Positions 1 through 8,754 of a stretch of DNA of 64,000 nt are shown piece by piece. How positions within the stretch are numbered: position 1 is the first letter of the stretch; each line of letters opens with the position of its first letter. A model generated the notes under the pieces. It searched no databases. It was not told the DNA's origin and saw only the letters and a program-made list of their open reading frames with translations. Where the stretch lies: positions 18,523 to 82,522 of the forward strand of contig CAZETU010000001.1 in assembly GCA_964514585.1 (NCBI GenBank). Reading direction: 5' to 3'. The stretch comes from Candidatus Woesearchaeota archaeon (lineage in GTDB: Archaea; Nanobdellota; Nanobdellia; Pacearchaeales; GW2011-AR1). The position numbers were made by a program, and so were the translations under genes.

Positions 1-211
1 AGTATCGACATCACAAAAACTACCTGCACTTGAACAACCTGGATCATCAGTGCAACCAACCACACAAACTCCTCCAACACAACTCTCGGTAGCACCGCAA
101 ATGGTTCCGTCAGTTCTATCATAACAACTGTCTCCACCCAAAGCACAAGTATAAGGAGTATCGACATCACAAAAACTACCTGCACTTGAACAACCTGGAT
201 CATCAGTGCAA
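1..211. repeat. 55-bp perfect direct repeat (1..55 and 157..211), 156-bp period = duplicated 52-aa Cys-rich module
   Basis: agtatcgacatcacaaaaactacctgcacttgaacaacctggatcatcagtgcaa occurs twice, in frame within the CDS. Confidence 0.95.
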
Positions 212-726
212 GTTGACGGCGGAGTTGCGGGCGGATCAACATCAGGCTCGACAAAACCACCAACAGGACTAAGTCCGCTCAAATCACTATCTTTAATCAA
301 GCTCTTACTCAAGCCCCCGACAACAGAACCAACCTTCCCACCTTCAAAAACAGGCGACAACTTAATTGACTCTAAGTCTCCAGAATAAGCACTTAAATTA
401 ATATGATATGTCTTCTTAGAATTCTCCGCCAAATTATCATTAACATAATGCGTTATAGTATTCCCGCCCATCGTAAACGACAAACCAAATCCAATAATCT
501 CCGCATCATCACTACCCCTCTTCACCTGAACCTCTATCAAACGACTAGCAGAATCCCACGAGGTATAACCCTCAGTCGAAACAATTTGCATACTAACCAT
601 CTGGTCCAATGAACCTAAATTATCCCTAACCATCGGCATAACCACCGCCCAAAGAATCGTCACCCCAGCAACAGTTATCAAAACCACCAAAACCGTAGCA
701 ACAATCGCAGATATCCCCTTCTTCAT
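1..726 (-). CDS. Pilin-leader (class III signal) Cys-rich surface protein, 3' end runs off the window; not in ORF track
   Basis: Manual translation from ATG 726: MKKG/ISAIVATVLVVLITVAGVTILWAVVMPMV, then the N-domain shared with 14953..17886, 26952..29999 and 33890..35035 (GYTSWDSASRLIEVQVKRGSDD...[25 protein letters not shown]), then CTDDPGCSSAGSFC modules; frame open to base 1. Confidence 0.9.
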   Translation of the reverse strand, partial: MKKGISAIVATVLVVLITVAGVTILWAVVMPMVRDNLGSLDQMVSMQIVSTEGYTSWDSASRLIEVQVKRGSDDAEIIGFGLSFTMGGNTITHYVNDNLAENSKKTYHINLSAYSGDLESIKLSPVFEGGKVGSVVGGLSKSLIKDSDLSGLSPVGGFVEPDVDPPATPPSTCTDDPGCSSAGSFCDVDTPYTCALGGDSCYDRTDGTICGATESCVGGVCVVGCTDDPGCSSAGSFCDVDT

Positions 727-835
727 ACATAAAAAACAGTGAACATAATATATAAAATTAATGACCCAAGAATTGTGGACAAGCGATAGCGAAGGTTATG
801 CCTTGGCAACTCGGGACCAGTTCATTCTTGTCCTA

Positions 836-907
836 TGACCCCACCAAGAATTGAACTTGGGCCTCATCGAAGTCAACGATACGTCCTAACCACTAGACAA
901 TGGGGTC
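836..907 (-). tRNA. tRNA-Val(GAC), CCA not encoded, atypical U37
   Basis: GACCCCA/TGGGGTC acceptor, D-arm GTCT-AGTGGTTA-GGAC, anticodon arm TATCG-TTGACTT-CGATG, T-arm CCAAG-TTCAATT-CTTGG, discriminator A. Confidence 0.88.
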
Positions 908-936
908 TATCTAAAACTCCAGAGAAATCGGCGCTT

Positions 937-1218
937 TTAACTTTTCCGCTTACTTATAACTCCCCCCTTAACCTGCCCCCAATTCCCCTCGACATAATCA
1001 AAGTTTAAACTATTCTTATCAACCCGAGCAATCTCGCACAAATCATCAAATAAATCCTCAGGCAACAATCGAGACTCATTATAATAATTTTTCAAAGTCG
1101 AATAAGAAGTCGAAAAACCAAACTGCAAAATACCACGAAGTGAAGGAACATTCAATTTATCAATAATCAAATCCAAAAACCTCCGTTGTCTCCCTCGACC
1201 AAACCGAACTCTTCTCAT
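937..1218 (-). CDS. Hypothetical basic protein (possible small nucleic-acid-binding domain)
   Basis: 93-aa ORF, host-like codon bias, upstream AT-rich promoter-like tract. Confidence 0.7.
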   Translation of the reverse strand: MRRVRFGRGRQRRFLDLIIDKLNVPSLRGILQFGFSTSYSTLKNYYNESRLLPEDLFDDLCEIARVDKNSLNFDYVEGNWGQVKGGVISKRKS

Positions 1219-1276
1219 AATAAAAATAACAATTACATCTTTATAATTTTAACTGCGAGACCACACAAACACAAAC

Positions 1277-1284
1277 TTTAAAAA
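1277..1284 (+). promoter_or_regulatory. TATA box (TTTAAAAA) of rpl44e, 29 nt before ATG
   Basis: Same motif and spacing recur before rps15 and rps27e. Confidence 0.65.
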
Positions 1285-1305
1285 GGAATTTTCAAAAGAA
1301 ATTAT

Positions 1306-1608
1306 ATGAAAAGACCAAAGAAAACAAACAGGTATTGTCCATTCTGTAAAAAGAAGACAGCACAAAAAGTGAAAGAGCCAAGCAAAGGCAAGGCTAGTTC
1401 TATGAAAAGAGGGTCAAAAGTCAGAATGAAACTTCGAGGTCTTTGGAGAGGAATCGGCAACAAAGGAAAATACTCTCGTATGAAGAACCAGCAAAAAGGA
1501 AAACGTAAAACAACTAAAAAAACAAACCTGATGTACACCTGCACTGAATGCGGAAAATCAAAATACCAGAAACAGGGCACACGAACATCAAAATTAGTAT
1601 TAGAATAA
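1306..1608 (+). CDS. rpl44e: 50S ribosomal protein L44e (eL42)
   Basis: MKRPKKTNRYCPFCKK...KTTKKTNLMYTCTECGK zinc-ribbon pattern. Confidence 0.93.
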   Translation: MKRPKKTNRYCPFCKKKTAQKVKEPSKGKASSMKRGSKVRMKLRGLWRGIGNKGKYSRMKNQQKGKRKTTKKTNLMYTCTECGKSKYQKQGTRTSKLVLE

Positions 1609-1609
1609 A

Positions 1610-2287
1610 ATGGCAGAAAGAAAAAAATACATAGAAACACAGGTCCCAATCCTAAACTCAACAATGAGAATCTTAGGAACAGCAGAAACCCTAGATAATA
1701 AAACAATAAAATTAGATTTAACAAGAAGACTAAGGGGAAAAGGTCTAACTATCAAATTCAGAATATTCAACCGCGAAGGAAAATTAGTTGCAATCCCAAA
1801 CCAAATGGAACTTGTAGGATCTTATATCCGAAGAATGATGCGAAAAAGAACAGACTATGTTGAAGATTCATTTAACGCTAGATGTTCAGACGTCCAAGTT
1901 ATAATCAAACCAATGTTAATCACAAGAAAAAAAGTTTCTAGAGCAGTTAGAAAAAATCTTAGAAACACGGCAAAAGAATTCATAGTAGAATATATCAAAG
2001 AAAAAGACTACAACACAATTTGCAACGAACTTCTCGATGGGATACTTCAAAAGACAATGCTTCCAAAATTGAAAAAAGTTTACCCACTTTCATTTTGTGA
2101 CATTAGAATTTTTGAAACAAAAGAACTTGAAAAAATAGATATAGAAAAAGCTTCAGAAATGCAAGAGGCCGATAAAGAATCAGAAGACATTCAAGCAAGC
2201 AATGAAGAAAACATCCAAGAAGAAACAGAGGAGAAAAAAGCTGAACCAGAAACCACCGAAGAAGAAGCTAAAGAGAAAAATGAGTGA
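1610..2287 (+). CDS. rps3ae: 30S ribosomal protein S3Ae (eS1) with acidic tail
   Basis: IKLDLTRRLRG...SYIRRMMRKRTDYVEDSF...LKKVYPLSFCDIR. Confidence 0.85.
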   Translation: MAERKKYIETQVPILNSTMRILGTAETLDNKTIKLDLTRRLRGKGLTIKFRIFNREGKLVAIPNQMELVGSYIRRMMRKRTDYVEDSFNARCSDVQVIIKPMLITRKKVSRAVRKNLRNTAKEFIVEYIKEKDYNTICNELLDGILQKTMLPKLKKVYPLSFCDIRIFETKELEKIDIEKASEMQEADKESEDIQASNEENIQEETEEKKAEPETTEEEAKEKNE

Positions 2288-2789
2288 GCAGTCATGTTTA
2301 ATTCTAATAAAACCTGATGGATTAATAAAATCCTTAACGGGAAATATAATTGCCGAACTTTCAAAGGCTGAATTAAAAATAATTGCAGCCAAAATAGTTT
2401 CTGTTGATAGAGAATTAGGAGAAAAACACTATCAAGATTTAAAACAAAATAGGCCAGAAATTTTTGAAGAAGTTTTAAAATACATAATGGGAGAATATCA
2501 CACAAGGAGGGTTTTAGCATTAGTTTATCATGGAGAAAACGCAATCAAAAAAATCAGGGAAATTGCGGGCGTAACAAACCCTGAAAACGCAAACCCAGTA
2601 AGTATCAGGGGAAGATATGGAAGAATCAACTCTCAAACAAACGTCTTGGAAAATTGTATCCACGCTTCAGACTCAGAAGAAAACGCAAAAAAAGAAATCC
2701 AACTTTGGTTCTCTCCAGACGAAATAGTAAAAGAAATATACCCTGCAAAAACCAAGGAAGTACAGATTCAAGTAAAAGTTTGGGAATAA
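2280..2789 (+). CDS. ndk: Nucleoside diphosphate kinase
   Basis: LILIKPDG, GVTNPENANPVSIRGRYG, NCIHASDS (catalytic His); start moved to ATG 2280. Confidence 0.95.
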   Translation: MSEQSCLILIKPDGLIKSLTGNIIAELSKAELKIIAAKIVSVDRELGEKHYQDLKQNRPEIFEEVLKYIMGEYHTRRVLALVYHGENAIKKIREIAGVTNPENANPVSIRGRYGRINSQTNVLENCIHASDSEENAKKEIQLWFSPDEIVKEIYPAKTKEVQIQVKVWE

Positions 2790-2837
2790 TTCTAATCAAA
2801 AAAACTCATAAAAATCAATCTAAATAAATCTAACTAA

Positions 2838-3035
2838 TTATTCCTCAGAAACTTTCTCAACCACTTTCTTAACAACTGGCTTCTCTACCTTTTTTTCAAC
2901 CTTACCCTTATTCTTCGGCCTCGGCTTCCTATTTCTAGAAGTACCCTCAACTAACTCCTTTCGCTTTTTTTTCCTTCGAGCAACTCTCCAAGATTTATTC
3001 CTATCAAGTCGCTTCGGTTTATTTTTACCTGGCAT
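2838..3035 (-). CDS. Small Lys/Arg-rich hypothetical protein
   Basis: 65-aa ORF with G/T-ending codons typical of - strand genes here. Confidence 0.6.
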   Translation of the reverse strand: MPGKNKPKRLDRNKSWRVARRKKKRKELVEGTSRNRKPRPKNKGKVEKKVEKPVVKKVVEKVSEE

Positions 3036-3119
3036 AATAATTGATGAAAATTTGAGTTTTTAAGTGTGTCGATACAACCATCATAAAACTTAAAAACAGA
3101 CTCCTCAATAAATCTATAT

Positions 3120-3191
3120 GCCTGCGTAGCTCAGTGATAGAGCATCTGTCTTGTAAACAGAGGGTCGAGGGTTTGACTCCCTTCGCAGGCT
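3120..3191 (+). tRNA. tRNA-Thr(TGT), CCA not encoded
   Basis: GCCTGCG/CGCAGGC acceptor, GCTC/GAGC D-stem, TCTGT-CTTGTAA-ACAGA, GAGGG-TTTGACT-CCCTT, U73; CTTAAAAA 31 nt upstream. Confidence 0.93.
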
Positions 3192-3192
3192 T

Positions 3193-3444
3193 ATGACTTG
3201 GCAAGATATAACAATAACAATTATTATGATTGCCTTTAGCTATGCATTAATTCCTCAAATAATAAAAGGATTCAAAAATAAAAAATCCTTCATCGCACTC
3301 CAAACCGCCCTAATAAATTCTGCAGGGATGTTAATTGTCGGGATAACCTATATCACATTAAATTTATATTTCTCAGCGACAATGTCTATAATCGGCGGCA
3401 TACTCTGGGGGATTCTATTCATCCAAAACAAAATATACAATTAA
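3193..3444 (+). CDS. PQ-loop / SemiSWEET-like 3-TM membrane protein
   Basis: YALIPQIIKGFKNK PQ motif after TM1; three hydrophobic segments in 83 aa. Confidence 0.7.
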   Translation: MTWQDITITIIMIAFSYALIPQIIKGFKNKKSFIALQTALINSAGMLIVGITYITLNLYFSATMSIIGGILWGILFIQNKIYN

Positions 3445-3998
3445 TCCTCATCAATAACTTCAACCTTCTTATCCTTCTCTAAGATATCAATAACCTCGCT
3501 CTCCAAATTAGCAACCTCTCCCTTATCAAAAGGCCCAATCTCGCTTCCATCAAACCCAAGAAACTCCGGCACATCCTCCAAAAACCTCACCAGCTTATGT
3601 TTCCCCTCGTCCTTTTGCCCGCCTTCCATATCCGATCCCATATTCTTCTCAGCCTTCTCAAGACTCTTAACAACCTCCTCGAACAAATCCTTCTCAAATC
3701 CCAATAAATTCTCAAAATCTTTCTTACTAATCCCAACCTCAGAAGCAACAAACGACAAATTCAAAATTTTCTTCTTCCGAATCCTAAGCAAATCCCTAAA
3801 ACTAGAAATCGCATTCTCCAACTTCTTCTTATTCTTAATCGCCATATCAGAAAACAAATCATCCTCCTTACTCAAAAACTCCTTCTTCTCCCGAAAATAT
3901 TCACTAACCTCACTCAAAAATTTCTTAGGCAAAGGCTGCAGTTGTTCAGAATACTTCTCCTTCCTCATCGCCTCATAAATATCACTAAAAGTTATCAT
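3441..3998 (-). CDS. GINS complex subunit (Gins51/Gins15-like)
   Basis: Helical A-domain (ITFSDIYEAMRKEKYSEQLQPLP...RKKKILNL) plus C-terminal B-domain VRFLEDVPEFLGFDGSEIGPFDKGEVANL. Confidence 0.8.
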   Translation of the reverse strand: MITFSDIYEAMRKEKYSEQLQPLPKKFLSEVSEYFREKKEFLSKEDDLFSDMAIKNKKKLENAISSFRDLLRIRKKKILNLSFVASEVGISKKDFENLLGFEKDLFEEVVKSLEKAEKNMGSDMEGGQKDEGKHKLVRFLEDVPEFLGFDGSEIGPFDKGEVANLESEVIDILEKDKKVEVIDED

Positions 3999-4081
3999 AA
4001 CCCCGAAACGAAGCTCCCGTTTAAAAGAATTGTTATACTCCAAACCAAAACCTTCTTAATCTCAAACTCCTTCGGAAAATT

Positions 4082-5221
4082 ATGTTCGGATCACTAAAAG
4101 CAAAGCTAAAAGGCTGGGTCAAAAAAAACAAAGACGAAGAAGCAGAGCTAGTTGAAACAATAAAAGAAGAAAAGAAAGTTGAGAAAAAACTAGAGAAAGA
4201 AAAAACCAAAAAGAAGAAGATAGAGAAAAAAGAAGCTAAAATAGAAAGGGAAAAAGAAGCTAAAAAAATTAAGACAGAGAAAAAAGAAACACCAAAAGAA
4301 GAAGAAGAACACAAAGCTGAACTTGAACAATCCTTAGAAGAAACCATTCAAGCACCAGTCACGGAAAGGGGCTTCTTTTCCAAATTCAAAAAGAAGCTAA
4401 CAGAAGAAAAATTTGAGGAACTCTTTGAAGAACTCCAAATCATCCTCTTACAAAATAACGTCGCATACGAAGCTGTCGAATCAATAAAAGAATCCCTAGA
4501 AGAAAGATTAATCGGCAAAACCCTAAAGGAAGTCGACCTAGCAACCGAATTAAAAGAATCCATCAAATCACTACTAATTAACCCCCCAGATTTCCTAAAA
4601 ACAATCAAAGATTCCCTAGAAGTAAAACAACCTTTCGTAATCGTATTTTCAGGAATCAACGGCTCAGGAAAAACAACAACAATCGCGAAAGTCACAAACT
4701 ACCTCCAAAAAAACGACATCTCCGTTTGCCTAGCCGCAGCCGACACTTTCCGAGCAGCAGCAATTCAACAGTTAGAAGAACACGCAAACAAACTTAACGT
4801 CCCAATAATCAAAAAAGATTACGGCTCAGACCCAGCAGCAGTAGGTTTCGACGCAGTAGCTTACGCAAAAAAACACAAAATCGACGTAGTCCTAATTGAC
4901 ACGGCCGGTCGAATGCAAAACAAAGACTCCTTAATGAAAGAAATGGAAAAAATCGCACGAGTAAACAAACCAGACATGAAAATATTCCTAGGCGAATCCA
5001 TAACAGGAAACGACGCAACCGAACAAGCAAAGGCATTCAATGACAGCATAGATATCACAGGAATAATCCTCTCAAAAGCCGACGTAGACGAAAAAGGCGG
5101 AACAGCAATCTCAGTCTCAAAAGCAACAGGTAAACCAATCCTCTTCCTCGGGATGGGACAAGAATACGACGACCTAGAAGTTTTCGACAAGAATAAATTA
5201 ATTGAAAAATTAGGATTATAA
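4082..5221 (+). CDS. ftsY: SRP receptor FtsY
   Basis: GINGSGKTTT, DTFRAAA, DTAGR, KADVDEKGG; charged N-terminal extension. Confidence 0.97.
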   Translation: MFGSLKAKLKGWVKKNKDEEAELVETIKEEKKVEKKLEKEKTKKKKIEKKEAKIEREKEAKKIKTEKKETPKEEEEHKAELEQSLEETIQAPVTERGFFSKFKKKLTEEKFEELFEELQIILLQNNVAYEAVESIKESLEERLIGKTLKEVDLATELKESIKSLLINPPDFLKTIKDSLEVKQPFVIVFSGINGSGKTTTIAKVTNYLQKNDISVCLAAADTFRAAAIQQLEEHANKLNVPIIKKDYGSDPAAVGFDAVAYAKKHKIDVVLIDTAGRMQNKDSLMKEMEKIARVNKPDMKIFLGESITGNDATEQAKAFNDSIDITGIILSKADVDEKGGTAISVSKATGKPILFLGMGQEYDDLEVFDKNKLIEKLGL

Positions 5222-6133
5222 TTATACAACATTCAGTAAATATGCCCCAATAAACATTAACAAAATAAATATTATTTTCTGGAATAAAATTCTTTTACTT
5301 AATTCTTCCTTTATTAAATGTGGAAAAAATATTGTCAATAAAATTCCTATCAAAAATACAAACACCGGCTGAAGACCACCAATAACCCACACCAAGGTTA
5401 ATGGAGCTAATAATATTGCAAAACTAAAAACAATTACCCCAATTATATTAATAGTCTCATTTAAGATATTTAACCCTATTATCGCTTTTTTATTTTTCTT
5501 AAAAGAAATAATAAAATCTTTTCTATAGGATTTTACAAAAATTAATAATATCAATCCAAAAATCACAAAACCAGAGTATTGCCAAAAACTAACTGTCCAG
5601 AAATCTAACTCTAAGGCAAAAAACTTAAAGAATAAAGTATTCAACGCTACTAATAGCGATGCCAACAATTGCAAAAATAAAACGTCTTTGGTCAAATGAA
5701 TTTTTTTATTGTGAAATTTAATGGATATTCCTATCGCCCCAAAAATAATCAACAACGAACCAATAATCTGAGTTATTGTCAATACTTCCCTTAAAATAAA
5801 AAAAGCAAGAAAATATGAAAAAATGGGAACACTTTGAAATATTGGAACAACCTCAGAGGTATCTGCTTTACTTAATGCTTTCAAATAAGGAAAAAGATAA
5901 AGAATAAACAAAAATCCATTAATAATTAACAAACTACTTGTCGCCAAATTTAAACTTAAAACCCCTGGCTTAAACAAAGCTATTAAGACCGCAACTGGAA
6001 ACCCTATAAGACAGGAATAAATTATAAGTGCCCCTTCACTTGATCTAAAATATTTCGAAACTAAAAATTTATCAATAAAATTACTTATCGCCCAAAGAAA
6101 TGGTGCAATCATAGCAACAAGTAGCCAGTTCAT
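5222..6133 (-). CDS. EamA/DMT family 10-TM transporter
   Basis: Two-repeat hydrophobic pattern, LKALSKADTSEVVPIFQSVPIF...LREVL; atypical AT-rich composition. Confidence 0.85.
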   Translation of the reverse strand: MNWLLVAMIAPFLWAISNFIDKFLVSKYFRSSEGALIIYSCLIGFPVAVLIALFKPGVLSLNLATSSLLIINGFLFILYLFPYLKALSKADTSEVVPIFQSVPIFSYFLAFFILREVLTITQIIGSLLIIFGAIGISIKFHNKKIHLTKDVLFLQLLASLLVALNTLFFKFFALELDFWTVSFWQYSGFVIFGLILLIFVKSYRKDFIISFKKNKKAIIGLNILNETINIIGVIVFSFAILLAPLTLVWVIGGLQPVFVFLIGILLTIFFPHLIKEELSKRILFQKIIFILLMFIGAYLLNVV

Positions 6134-6214
6134 AATTTTACATATTTAGAATATTTATAAAGATTCTCAAACCTCAACCCAAAACCTCAAAAACCCCACT
6201 TTTCTACTATTTCT

Positions 6215-7573
6215 ATGGTATTAGACAAACTAGGTAGCACCTTGAAAAGCGGAATTAAGAAGATTTCAAACGCGATTTTCGTAGATAAAAAACTAATAGA
6301 TGGAATAGTAAAAGATATCCAAAAAGCACTAATCGAAGCAGACGTAAACATCGAACTCGTATTCGCATTATCCCAAAAAATCAAAAAACTAGCCTACGAC
6401 GAAACCATAAAAGGAATCGACAAAAAAGAACAACTCGTAAAATTAATCCATGACGAAATCAACGCACTCTTAGGCGAGAAAAAAGAACTAAAGCTAGAGA
6501 AAAAAGCAAGTATAATGTTTCTAGGTTTATACGGCGCAGGTAAAACAACAACAATCGCAAAGCTAGGATTCTACTACGCAAAACGAGGAAGAAAAGTAGC
6601 ACTCTTAGGATTAGACACCCAGAGGCCTGCAGCTATGGACCAGCTAGAACAAATGGCTAAAAAAGCAAAGCTCCCTGCCTTCGTTGACAAAGTCGAAAAA
6701 GACCCAATCAAAATTATCAAGAACTACAAAAAAGACCTAGAAGATTACGACCTAATCCTAATAGACACAGCAGGTAGAGACGGCCTTAACAAAGACTTAA
6801 TCAAAGAAATCGAAAAGCTAAACAAAACCCTAAAACCAGATTACAGAATCCTAGTTATGCCAGCAGATATCGGTCAAGCCGCAAAAACTCAAAGCTTAGA
6901 ATTCCAAAAAGCATTATCAATCGACGGCGTAATAATCACAAGAATGGACGGAACATCAAAAGCAGGTGGCGCTCTAACAGCTTGTGCAGAGACAAAGGCC
7001 CCAGTTTTCTTCATCGGTGTCGGCGAACAAATCCACGAAATAGAAACATTCGACCCAGAATCTTTCATCTCAAGACTATTAGGAATGGGCGACCTCTCAT
7101 CCTTACTAGAACACGTCAAATCCGCAACCGACGAAAAGCAACAACAAAGAATCGAAGAAAGACTTCAAGAAGGAAAATTCACACTACTAGACCTCTACGC
7201 CCAACTAGAACAAATGAACAAAATGGGAAGCATGGACAAACTTGTGGGAATGATTCCAGGAATGTCCGCAGCAAAAGTCCCTAAAGACGTCCTAGAAAAA
7301 CAAGAATCAAAAATGAAACACTGGAAAACTGCCATTTCATCAATGACCGAAGAGGAAATCGAAAACCCAGAAATCCTAGAAAAACAAACAACAAGAATCC
7401 AGCGAATCGCCCACGGTTCCGGAACAACCACAACAGAAATCCGAGAACTTCTAAAACAATACAAAATGCTCAAAGAAATGATGGGCATGCAATCCGGCCT
7501 CGCCGAAGGAAAAATCGACCAAAAGATGATGCAAAAGATGGCCAAGAAATTTAAAGGTAAAATAAAATTCTAA
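6215..7573 (+). CDS. srp54: Signal recognition particle protein SRP54
   Basis: GLYGAGKTTT, DTQRPAA, DTAGR, TRMDGTSKAGG, Met-rich M domain with RIQRIAHGSG. Confidence 0.97.
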   Translation: MVLDKLGSTLKSGIKKISNAIFVDKKLIDGIVKDIQKALIEADVNIELVFALSQKIKKLAYDETIKGIDKKEQLVKLIHDEINALLGEKKELKLEKKASIMFLGLYGAGKTTTIAKLGFYYAKRGRKVALLGLDTQRPAAMDQLEQMAKKAKLPAFVDKVEKDPIKIIKNYKKDLEDYDLILIDTAGRDGLNKDLIKEIEKLNKTLKPDYRILVMPADIGQAAKTQSLEFQKALSIDGVIITRMDGTSKAGGALTACAETKAPVFFIGVGEQIHEIETFDPESFISRLLGMGDLSSLLEHVKSATDEKQQQRIEERLQEGKFTLLDLYAQLEQMNKMGSMDKLVGMIPGMSAAKVPKDVLEKQESKMKHWKTAISSMTEEEIENPEILEKQTTRIQRIAHGSGTTTTEIRELLKQYKMLKEMMGMQSGLAEGKIDQKMMQKMAKKFKGKIKF

Positions 7574-7588
7574 AAATAAAAACCAATA

Positions 7589-8086
7589 TTAGTATTCTAA
7601 GCTAGCATTATCCATATTTGTATAAGAACCAGGATTCATAAATCTTCTATCTCCTTCGGGTACACAATAAGGAACAGCGCCACCCTCCAGACATGAGGCA
7701 ACAACACCTTCAAAGCCATCTGGGCACTCATTATTTTTATCCATCCCAAAATAACCATACTCCTCCATCGTCTCAACACTATCAAGACAACATCCTCTGG
7801 GTGTAGGAGCAAAATAGGTAGAATCGGAAAGATTCATACATCTCTCCCTCAAGATAACATAATACTCCTCTCCCAAAAGGGTATAATTCAATTCATCTAA
7901 AGAGTCATTAGTTGCCTCGCTCAAAGAACCATTATCTTCTTCGTTCAAATTAACAACATAACTTGTCTCACTTGAAGGAGTGCCATTATAATCTAAAACT
8001 TCCTGATCTCCATCAAAAAATAAAAAACCTGCAAGGACAACTACCAAAACGAAAACCAACAAGACAATACACCATCTCTTCTTCAT
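7589..8086 (-). CDS. Membrane-anchored hypothetical protein with small Cys-rich domain
   Basis: N-terminal TM/signal, NxS/T sites, C..CC..C..C..C cluster. Confidence 0.75.
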   Translation of the reverse strand: MKKRWCIVLLVFVLVVVLAGFLFFDGDQEVLDYNGTPSSETSYVVNLNEEDNGSLSEATNDSLDELNYTLLGEEYYVILRERCMNLSDSTYFAPTPRGCCLDSVETMEEYGYFGMDKNNECPDGFEGVVASCLEGGAVPYCVPEGDRRFMNPGSYTNMDNASLEY

Positions 8087-8134
8087 AAAAACAAAAACAA
8101 TTAAACATTTAAATAAGTTCCTGATAAAATTACC

Positions 8135-8740
8135 ATGAACAAACTAATCCAACAAGGCGCCGAGGCAAAAATATACTTACAAGTCGTACCAGAAGCAGTA
8201 ATTAACAAAGAAAGAACCCAAAAAGGTTACCGTCACCCAAGCCTCGACAAACAAATCCGAACACGCCGAACAAGATCCGAAGCCAAAATAATCAACAAAG
8301 CATCATCCTTCGGAGCAAACGTCCCAGGAGTCCACTCAGTAGACAAAAACTCCCAAACAATATCAATGCAATTCATAGAAGGCGACCGATTATCCGAAAC
8401 CCTAAACTCCTACCCCGAAGAAAAACAATTCTCAGTCATGCAAAAAATAGGAGAACAAGTAGCCATCCTCCACAAAAACAACATCATCCACGGCGACCTC
8501 ACAACATCAAACACAATATTATCAAAAGACAAACTCTTCATAATCGACTTCGGACTAGGCTTCATATCAACAAAAATCGAAGACAAAGCAGTCGACCTCC
8601 ACCTAATCAAACAAGCCCTCGAAGCAAAACACTTCCAAAACAACGAAGCCCTCTTTCAACAATTCCTAAAAATCTACAAAAACAAAGAAATCATCCAAAG
8701 ACTAGAAGTCGTAGAAAAACGGGGCAGATATAAACACTAA
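8135..8740 (+). CDS. bud32: KEOPS complex kinase Bud32
   Basis: QQGAEAKIY, KERTQKGYRHPSLDKQIR, HGDLTTSN, IDFGLG, EDKAVDLHL. Confidence 0.93.
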   Translation: MNKLIQQGAEAKIYLQVVPEAVINKERTQKGYRHPSLDKQIRTRRTRSEAKIINKASSFGANVPGVHSVDKNSQTISMQFIEGDRLSETLNSYPEEKQFSVMQKIGEQVAILHKNNIIHGDLTTSNTILSKDKLFIIDFGLGFISTKIEDKAVDLHLIKQALEAKHFQNNEALFQQFLKIYKNKEIIQRLEVVEKRGRYKH

Positions 8741-8754
8741 CTTTCACTACCACG

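Noticed and set aside
1-211. CRISPR-like repeat-spacer-repeat
   Set aside because: 55-bp repeat with a 156-bp in-frame period inside a CDS; only two copies; no cas genes.
762-835. HDV-like (theta) ribozyme downstream of a tRNA
   Set aside because: A 7-bp P1-like stem and a TTCGCT segment are present, but I could not build P2/P3/P1.1 or the J4/2 catalytic C in the required order.
761-838. 25-aa + strand ORF MTQELWTSDSEGYALATRDQFILVL
   Set aside because: Short, runs antisense into the tRNA end, and has no coupling or codon-bias support.
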